Positions 46,392-52,429 of a stretch of DNA of 52,429 nucleotides are shown here, piece after piece. The stretch comes from a virus. Its lineage: Duplodnaviria; Caudoviricetes. How positions within the stretch are numbered: the stretch's first letter is position 1; each line of letters opens with the position of its first letter. A model generated the notes under the pieces. It had not been told where the DNA came from, made no database searches, and worked only from the letters and a program-made list of their open reading frames with translations. The DNA is taken from positions 1 through 52,429 of IMG/VR virus record IMGVR_UViG_3300037153_000540; one strand, written 5' to 3'. The translations under genes were made by a program, and so were the position numbers.

Positions 46392-46454
46392 TCCCGGCTC
46401 CGGCGGGCGCCCGCCGGTAGACCTGCCGCGCCCCCGTCGGCAGGTCCCACCAGG

Positions 46455-46490
46455 AAGCCGCCTCATCCTCTTCGGAGGGTGAGGCGGCTT
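46455..46490 (+). terminator. Late-operon terminator with C(UUCG)G loop
   Basis: AAGCCGCCTCATCCTC-TTCG-GAGGGTGAGGCGGCTT. Confidence 0.8.
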
Positions 46491-46508
46491 TCGTCGTACC
46501 CTGCCGCT

Positions 46509-46862
46509 ATGGAGCGGCATCGCCTCGACAGCGACCGGATGCTCATCGGCGCCCTGCACACGATCGCCACCCGCACATGGACGCCACCGACCGGAGCCGA
46601 CCGGGCCGCGCGCCTCGCCGAGCTCCGCGAACGCTCCGGCGGGCGTACGGACCTCCTCGCCGCGGCGGCGGGGATCCTGCTGGGCGTACGGCCTGACGAC
46701 GAGCACGACCCGCGCCACGTCCGGGAGACCGCCGGGGCCGCGATGCTCCTGGAGGTCGCCGGCGTGACGGAGGACGACGAGCGCGTACGGCGGGCGGTCG
46801 AGGTGGGCCGGGGGCGGCGGGAGCGTGGCCGGATCCGTCCGGCGCCGCGGCGCGACTGGTGA
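46509..46862 (+). CDS. Hypothetical protein, probably leaderless
   Basis: TACCCT-N6-ATG; GC3 bias. Confidence 0.6.
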   Translation: MERHRLDSDRMLIGALHTIATRTWTPPTGADRAARLAELRERSGGRTDLLAAAAGILLGVRPDDEHDPRHVRETAGAAMLLEVAGVTEDDERVRRAVEVGRGRRERGRIRPAPRRDW

Positions 46863-46870
46863 CATGCGAA

Positions 46871-46908
46871 AGGCCGCCCGTCCCCTGCCATGTCGGGGCG
46901 GGCGGCCT
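46871..46908. terminator. Hairpin between convergent genes
   Basis: AGGCCGCCCGTCCC / GGGGCGGGCGGCCT. Confidence 0.65.
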
Positions 46909-46916
46909 CCGTGCTG

Positions 46917-47021
46917 TCAGGCGCTGGCGTGCTGCTGGATCTGCCAGGACACGCCGACCTTCGCGACCTCGACGCAGTTGCCGCCGTTTCCGCTGCGGCT
47001 GGACTTCCGGAACTGGGTCAC
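46917..47021 (-). CDS. Mini DUF397 peptide (34 aa, not in ORF track)
   Basis: MTQFRKSSRSGNGGNCVEVAKVGVSWQIQQHASA contains the RKSSxSxxGGNCVEVA signature. Confidence 0.7.
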   Translation of the reverse strand: MTQFRKSSRSGNGGNCVEVAKVGVSWQIQQHASA

Positions 47022-47230
47022 CTCTCGTGGATCTTCTGGTGGCTGCGGGTCCCCGGGTCAGCTCGCCGAGGACCCGCAGCGCCTGGCCCCGGACGCAGGA
47101 CTCCCCACCCCGCAGCCGGGACATATCGGGGACCGCCGGGGGAACGCACGGCCCGCTGGCGCTCCACCCGGCAGCCATCTGTGGGCGGCGTCGGCGCCTC
47201 TCCCAAAGCGCCGCAGCGTCGCCCACGTCT

Positions 47231-47485
47231 TCAGGTGCGCGGCGGCGGCGAGTAGCCGTGCAGCGGCGCGTACGCGAACATCCGTTTCATGTCCTCGGCG
47301 ATGTCCACGACGACACGGTTGCGGGCGAGTTCGAGTTCGTCTTGGTTCCTGCCACGCAGCTCCCTATCACCCTTGATCGACCGGGCAACCCACTCGCGCG
47401 CCTGGTCGTCCCGGGTGATCTCGTAGCCGGGCAGGACCGGGGTGTCCATGCCGCTCGCGCCCTGACTGCCGCTGTTACCGCTCAT
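47231..47485 (-). CDS. Hypothetical protein
   Basis: ATGA overlap with the upstream HATPase gene. Confidence 0.6.
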   Translation of the reverse strand: MSGNSGSQGASGMDTPVLPGYEITRDDQAREWVARSIKGDRELRGRNQDELELARNRVVVDIAEDMKRMFAYAPLHGYSPPPRT

Positions 47486-47868
47486 ATCTTCAGCACCGCC
47501 CATGCCAGACGCCCGCCGGCGTCCGTCGTCTCGTCGCCCATCTGGTCGGCCGTCACGGCCACGATCGCGAGGCCACGCCCGTAGTCGGCGGCCTCTGCTC
47601 CGGTCCAGCCCGTCTCTGGGGTCACGCGATCGCCGCCGTCTTCGACCTCGAGGCGGATCATGCCGTCGGTCCGCTTGATCCTCAGGTGGATCTGCTCGCC
47701 GTCGGCGGCCACGGAGTGGCGTACGGAGTTCGTGACGTACTCGGTGGCGATCAGGCGCATGTCGTCGAGGAGATGAGGGACGATGTCCTGCAGGATTTCG
47801 CCCACCCAGCGGCGCGCGAGGGGCACAATGGACGGCGACCCCGGCAGGTCGACCGCCCACTCATCCAT
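47482..47868 (-). CDS. HATPase_c ATP-binding protein (RsbW/AbaA-like)
   Basis: LIATEYVTNSVRHS, LEVEDGG, GRGLAIV; AGGAG RBS. Confidence 0.88.
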   Translation of the reverse strand: MDEWAVDLPGSPSIVPLARRWVGEILQDIVPHLLDDMRLIATEYVTNSVRHSVAADGEQIHLRIKRTDGMIRLEVEDGGDRVTPETGWTGAEAADYGRGLAIVAVTADQMGDETTDAGGRLAWAVLKI

Positions 47869-47915
47869 CGCCCGACTCCTCGTGATGTGACCCGGTGTAG
47901 TCCGGACAACACCGG

Positions 47916-47957
47916 AAACCTGGATTCCAGGTTTGCTCTTGGATTCCAGGTTGTCAA
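47916..47957. promoter_or_regulatory. Probable GntR operators over a leftward promoter
   Basis: Palindrome AAACCTGGA-T-TCCAGGTTT at 47916-47934; second TGGATTCCAGGTT at 47940-47952; minus-strand TTGACA at 47952-47957. Confidence 0.65.
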
Positions 47958-48015
47958 GGCTTTCCCTACGATGGGACGTGAAGGATCACGTTGCGTCGCT
48001 GGGAAAGGGGGGCTC

Positions 48016-48768
48016 ATGGCGGGCGATCTGCTCTACCTCAAGGTCATTGACGACCTACGCCGGCAGATCATCGACGGCACCCTCGCGCCCGGTGAGCGTC
48101 TCCCGTCCCGCGCGAAGCTGGCCGAGCAGCACCACGTCAGCGAGAACGTCGTACGCCGCGCCGTGGACGTGCTGATGGCCGAGGGCCTCATCACCACCCG
48201 TACCGGTGCGCGGCCGACCGTCCGCGAGCGTCCCGACGTACGGCGGCTCACCCGCTCCTGGTACCGGGAACAGCGCGGCGGGTCACCGTTTCGCGCGGAC
48301 ATGCAGGCCCAAGGCCGCGCCGCGGACTGGCGTGCGCGCTCGAAGACCTCGAAGGCGCCGCCGGCCATCGCCGAGCGGCTGCAGATCGCAGTCGGCGCGA
48401 AGGTCGTACGGACGGAGTACACGTTCACCGCCGATGACCAGCCGGTGATGCTGTCGACGAGCTATGAGCCGCTGGAGATCACGCAGGGCACGCCGGTGAT
48501 GCTGCCCGAGCGCGGGCCGCTGGCCGGCCGCGGGGTGACGGAGCGGATGGCGTCGATCGGCCAGCGGATCGTCACGGCCACCGAGGTGGTCACGGCGCGG
48601 CCGGTGATGCAGGCCGAGGCGGAGCAGCTGCGGGTGTCGGCGGGCACGATCGTGATGGTGATCCAGCGGACGTACTGGACGGAGGATCGTCCGGTCGAGA
48701 CGGCCGACATCGTGGTGCCCGTCGACCGCTACGAGCTGTTCTACGTAATCCCCGTCGAGGGTGAGTGA
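48016..48768 (+). CDS. GntR (HutC/KorSA-like) regulator with UTRA domain
   Basis: YLKVIDDLRRQIIDGTLAPGERLPS..LAEQHHVS..VRRA; C-terminal RPVETADIV. Confidence 0.92.
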   Translation: MAGDLLYLKVIDDLRRQIIDGTLAPGERLPSRAKLAEQHHVSENVVRRAVDVLMAEGLITTRTGARPTVRERPDVRRLTRSWYREQRGGSPFRADMQAQGRAADWRARSKTSKAPPAIAERLQIAVGAKVVRTEYTFTADDQPVMLSTSYEPLEITQGTPVMLPERGPLAGRGVTERMASIGQRIVTATEVVTARPVMQAEAEQLRVSAGTIVMVIQRTYWTEDRPVETADIVVPVDRYELFYVIPVEGE

Positions 48769-48780
48769 CCGGCTCTAACG

Positions 48781-48820
48781 GCGACGCCCCGCACGGTCCT
48801 TGTGGCCGGCGGGGCGTCGC
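48781..48820. terminator. Hairpin between convergent genes
   Basis: GCGACGCCCCGC / GCGGGGCGTCGC. Confidence 0.65.
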
Positions 48821-48846
48821 GGTGGTCGGCTGCTCGCAGGAGCAGG

Positions 48847-49311
48847 TCACGACACGGGGTTGACGAGCACCTTGTACTTGCACTTCAGCTCGCCGCCGTG
48901 CTTGAGCTGGTAGTACTGCGCCCGGCTGAACTGCGCCATGCTCACGTGCTTGTTCAGCTCCAGCGTCCGTGACTTGCCGGCCGCGAGGGTGATGACCTTC
49001 CCGGTTCCGATCGGGGCGTGCCCGTACTGCGGCCAGGACACCAGCACGGCCGCCTTCACCGGGACTCCGCCCGTGTTCTTGACGTCGACCTCGCTGGTGA
49101 GGCTGTAGTCGTTGCCCATGCCGGAGCCGATGTCGGTGTCGCAGGTGCCGTGGTATTTGGCCTGCGCGCCGGCAGGGGTGTGTGAGCCAGAGCTGGATGA
49201 GGATGCGGCGGGCGGCTCGGCGATGCCGGACTTGCCGTCGGTGTCGGTGGCTTTGCAGCCGGTGAGGGCGAGTGCGGCGCTGGCCGCGGCGATGATGGCG
49301 ATGGTACGCAT
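48847..49311 (-). CDS. Lipoprotein
   Basis: Signal peptide with lipobox LALTGC; GAAGGA RBS. Confidence 0.8.
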   Translation of the reverse strand: MRTIAIIAAASAALALTGCKATDTDGKSGIAEPPAASSSSSGSHTPAGAQAKYHGTCDTDIGSGMGNDYSLTSEVDVKNTGGVPVKAAVLVSWPQYGHAPIGTGKVITLAAGKSRTLELNKHVSMAQFSRAQYYQLKHGGELKCKYKVLVNPVS

Positions 49312-49483
49312 GGCGGTCCTTCCAGGTGAGGGATTGTGAGGGATGGGAGTGCGGGCCGGGCCTGCCCCATCCCTCGAAGGACAGGCCCGGAGTCTGTGCG
49401 TGTTGGACGCGTCGCAGTTGGTTACTGGTGGCTGCGGTGAGTGGCCGGATGTGGCGAACGCGTAGTCGTAACGCCCGCGCGCG

Positions 49484-49597
49484 TCAGCCGCCCAGCTTCT
49501 GGATCAGCCGGATGAGCCCGCCGATCGCGACCGCGACGATGCCGCCCGCGGTGAAGTAGGCCAGGGCCGCGACGGGCAGCGTGGTGAGAGTGAACAT
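49484..49597 (-). CDS. Small membrane peptide (37 aa)
   Basis: MFTLTTLPVAALAYFTAGGIVAVAIGGLIRLIQKLGG; GGAG RBS. Confidence 0.55.
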   Translation of the reverse strand: MFTLTTLPVAALAYFTAGGIVAVAIGGLIRLIQKLGG

Positions 49598-49754
49598 GGG
49601 TGATCTCCGGTCGTGAGGGTTGGTGGTGCGGGGAGGTCAGTGCTGCGGCAGCGCATCTCGTAGGCGCCGGCACCCACCAGCGCTGCCGCGGCCACGGTGA
49701 CGAGCAGCCAGGGCGGCAGGCTCCACAGGTACGCGATGGAAGCGGTGAGGATGC

Positions 49755-50453
49755 TCATCGGAAGATCACCACGCTGGCGTCCGTACGCGGCCCCGGGCAG
49801 GAGGTGTGCCGGCCGAGGATCGGGGAGATGCACCCGGGCCCGCAGACGATGCACACCTCGGATTCGTCCCGCTCGGCCGCGGCGAGTCGACGTGTCACCC
49901 GCCGGGCGGTGGCCGTGAGCATCATCCAGGCCGCAGCGAGCGCGGTGAGGGCGAACGTCAGGAGCCTCCGCGGTGCGGATGCCGACGGCGCCGGGAATGC
50001 GGGGGATGCGGGGGGCACATGGGGGGCCGGACGCTCCGGTACGACCGTCAGCGCGTCGTGCGCGCGCGTCCCGAGCTCGGCTCGCAGCACGGTCATCTGG
50101 TAGTCCTCATACGCCCGGCGCTTGCGGGCATGGAGGCTCGCGGCGTCATCGAGCGGGGACCTCCGCCAGGTGCTCAGCGGCGGGGCGTCCTGCGGGCGCG
50201 GCAACGGCATGACGGCCTTCGGAGCGTCGCCGTCAGTGGATGCCGGCTTGTCGGCTGGACGCTCGGTGGGTGCGGTCTTGCGGGCGAGGCGCGTTAGCCG
50301 GCCGCGTGCGCGGCGCAGGACGCCGGTCACGTCGTCGGCGAGCTGGCGCGCCTGGTCGAGGGTCTCGGCGCCGTCATGGCGCTGGAGGAGCTCGCGAAGT
50401 TCGGTGAGCAGGTCTCCGGCGGTGGTGGCCGGGGTTATCGTGGCGGCGGTCAT
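49755..50453 (-). CDS. Hypothetical protein
   Basis: ORF downstream of a minus-strand TTGACA promoter. Confidence 0.6.
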   Translation of the reverse strand: MTAATITPATTAGDLLTELRELLQRHDGAETLDQARQLADDVTGVLRRARGRLTRLARKTAPTERPADKPASTDGDAPKAVMPLPRPQDAPPLSTWRRSPLDDAASLHARKRRAYEDYQMTVLRAELGTRAHDALTVVPERPAPHVPPASPAFPAPSASAPRRLLTFALTALAAAWMMLTATARRVTRRLAAAERDESEVCIVCGPGCISPILGRHTSCPGPRTDASVVIFR

Positions 50454-50488
50454 CGTCGTGCCCCAGATTTCGGGAATGTGTTGGTGCT

Positions 50489-50532
50489 ATTAGGGCAGTG
50501 GGCTCGCCGATTGTCAAGCGAACACCTACACT
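50489..50532. promoter_or_regulatory. Back-to-back promoters
   Basis: Minus-strand TTGACA(50517-50512)-N17-CCTAAT; plus-strand TACACT at 50527-50532, 7 nt before the integrase GTG. Confidence 0.55.
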
Positions 50533-50539
50533 CCACAGA

Positions 50540-51973
50540 GTGAGTACTCCGAAGAATGCTGGGATCTACTGCCGTCTCAGCTACGCCCCCGACGGCTCCG
50601 TAGAGAAGGTCGAACGGCAGGAGGCCGACTGCCGCCAGCTCGCGGACCGGCTCGGCTGGCCGGTCTCCGACGAGCACATCTACATCGACAACTCCCGATC
50701 CGCCTGGCAGCGGACCCGCAAGCGGCCGGCCTGGGACCGCATGCTCGCCAATATCGACGCCGGGATTCTCGGCGCGGTCATCATCTACCACGGCGACCGG
50801 CTGATCCGGCAGCCATGGGACCTCGAGCTGCTCCTCGACCGCTCCCGCGAGAAGCATGTCCAACTCGCGTCGCCCTCGGGCATCCGCGACCTGAGCAACC
50901 CCGACGACCAGTTCATCCTGCGGATCGAGGCGGCGCAGGCATGTAAGGCGAGCGACGACACGTCCCGGCGCGTACGGCGCGGCTGGGCGGCGCGCGCGAA
51001 GAAGGGCCACGCATCCGGCGGAGGGAAGCGGCCGTTCGGATTCGAGAACCTGGAGACGATCCGGGAGTCGGAGGCGCGGCTGATCGCGGAGGTCGCGTCG
51101 ATGCGGCTGGCCGGCATGTCGCACGGCGGGGCGATCCGGTGGATGGATGAGCGGTCCACGACGTCGATGGGCCGGACCTGGCGGTCGAACCCGAAGGCGC
51201 TGAAGCAGATCCTGCTCGCGCCGCGGGCGGCCGGGCTGGTCGAGCATGAGGGCGTCCTGTACGAGGCGGTGTGGCCGCCCCTGCTGCATTCGGATCGGGA
51301 GACGGCGCGGGAGATCTGGGAGGACCTGAAGGCGCTGTACGCGGGCTCGGCGGAGGCGCACGGGTACAACGGCCGGGAGCGCCGATACCTCCTCACGGGG
51401 GTGGCGACCTGCCCGAGCGGCCACAACGTCACCACGAAGCCAACCGGAGGCCGGAACCGCAAGAGCTCGCGGCTGTATTACTGCCGTGAGCTGACGCACT
51501 GCGAGACGCCGGTCGGCCGGAACGTGGAGCATCTCGACCGGTACGTGATCGGTGCGGTGATCCGCCGGCTGAACGATCCGGAGTTCATCGCGTCGCTGCT
51601 CGACGATGACGGCGCCGGGTCGGTGATCGGCGCTGAGCTGGCGAAGCTGGAGCGGCGTAAGGCGACGGCTCGTGAGCAACTGGAGAACCTCGCAGATCAG
51701 CCAGAGGAAGTAGACGCCGCGCTGCTCGCCCGGTCGCTCGCCTCGTTCGACCGGAAGATCGCCGAGCTGCGGTCGCGGCTGGCGACCTCGAGTCGGCAGC
51801 GGCTGCTCGCGCGGATGGCCGGGATCACCCCAGAGGGGTGGGAGGCGACGCCGATCGAAGTGCGGTCCGCGACGGTCGCGGCGCTGTTCCGGGTGACGAT
51901 CCTGCCGGCGACGTGGCGCGGGCCCGGGTTCGATCCGAAGAGCGTCCGGTTGGATCCGGTCGAGGAGACCTGA
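50540..51973 (+). CDS. Large serine integrase
   Basis: IYCRLS catalytic Ser, YIDNSRSA, RPAWDRML, DRLIR, RPFGF, YLLTGVATC..YYC Zn ribbon, coiled coil. Confidence 0.95.
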   Translation: MSTPKNAGIYCRLSYAPDGSVEKVERQEADCRQLADRLGWPVSDEHIYIDNSRSAWQRTRKRPAWDRMLANIDAGILGAVIIYHGDRLIRQPWDLELLLDRSREKHVQLASPSGIRDLSNPDDQFILRIEAAQACKASDDTSRRVRRGWAARAKKGHASGGGKRPFGFENLETIRESEARLIAEVASMRLAGMSHGGAIRWMDERSTTSMGRTWRSNPKALKQILLAPRAAGLVEHEGVLYEAVWPPLLHSDRETAREIWEDLKALYAGSAEAHGYNGRERRYLLTGVATCPSGHNVTTKPTGGRNRKSSRLYYCRELTHCETPVGRNVEHLDRYVIGAVIRRLNDPEFIASLLDDDGAGSVIGAELAKLERRKATAREQLENLADQPEEVDAALLARSLASFDRKIAELRSRLATSSRQRLLARMAGITPEGWEATPIEVRSATVAALFRVTILPATWRGPGFDPKSVRLDPVEET

Positions 51974-52001
51974 GCCGTCCCGGTGCGGGCCGGGACGGCT
52001 C
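51972..52001. terminator. Hairpin between integrase and the convergent gene
   Basis: GAGCCGTCCCGG / CCGGGACGGCTC. Confidence 0.7.
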
Positions 52002-52003
52002 GC

Positions 52004-52402
52004 TCAGTTGTGGTTCGCGCGGCGCCCGGACAGATCGTTGCTGGCGGCGTCGAGGATGCGGTGCTCGACGCGTGCGACCTCGGCGATCTCCTGCTGGATC
52101 CGCTTCTCGCTTTCTTCGATGAGCTGAAGCGTGCGCTCCTGTCCCTGGATCAGTTCTGCCTCCCTGACGAGGATGGCTCTGTGCCCGTGCAGGGCGCCGA
52201 CGGAGACGAGCATGATGGCGCCGAAGTCGACGGCGTGCAGGCCTCCGAAGAGCATGGCGTGGCGATCGGGGACGGCGGGCATCAGGAGGAGCAGGATGGC
52301 GCCCGCGAGGAACGCCCCGATCATGAGGAAGGCTGCCCCGGCACGCATGATGTCGATCCTCGTGATCATGTCGGTCTGTGCTGGCTGTGACTGCATTGTC
52401 AC
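52004..52402 (-). CDS. Two-TM membrane protein with C-terminal coiled coil
   Basis: AGAAFLMIGAFLAGAILLLLM and FGAIMLVSVGAL; GGAG RBS. Confidence 0.65.
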   Translation of the reverse strand: MTMQSQPAQTDMITRIDIMRAGAAFLMIGAFLAGAILLLLMPAVPDRHAMLFGGLHAVDFGAIMLVSVGALHGHRAILVREAELIQGQERTLQLIEESEKRIQQEIAEVARVEHRILDAASNDLSGRRANHN

Positions 52403-52429
52403 GGAAATGCTCCAATCCAGCGGGGGGGG

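Noticed and set aside
50455-50540. attP upstream of the integrase
   Set aside because: Only weak imperfect symmetry, and the segment is explained by back-to-back promoters; no att core can be assigned without host sequence
1-52429. tRNA, rRNA, group I/II introns, reverse transcriptase or DGR
   Set aside because: No cloverleaf, intron core or RT motifs recognised by eye; a covariance-model scan would be needed to exclude them fully

Overview
This window looks like a near-complete temperate siphovirus (or excised prophage) of a high-GC actinomycete. It appears opened between the immunity repressor (left end) and a small membrane gene next to a large serine integrase (right end). Gene order is: cI/cro-like switch; early genes (BldC-like HTH, PD-(D/E)XK exonuclease, RecT-like annealase, DUF5131, RuvC, DNA methyltransferase, replication initiator); late regulator, packaging HNH and probable cos site; terminase, portal, MuF-like head protein, scaffold, capsid; tail; lysis (CHAP and DUF1906 lysins, holins); a GntR/anti-sigma-like/mini-DUF397 cassette; integrase. 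The most striking element is a 316-aa intein in the MuF-like gene. Its middle has no recognisable sense-strand endonuclease, while the opposite strand carries a complete HTH + DUF559/Vsr-like endonuclease gene with its own GGAGG RBS, nested entirely inside the intein. Four free-standing endonuclease genes also appear to have inserted into phage genes while supplying replacement pieces of them. One sits at the tail-chaperone frameshift position and is followed by a second, diverged gpG copy fused in frame to gpT. A probable deletion remnant of a RAMP/Cas7-like locus and other local lesions lie in the early region. All family assignments come from motif recognition by eye, not database searches.
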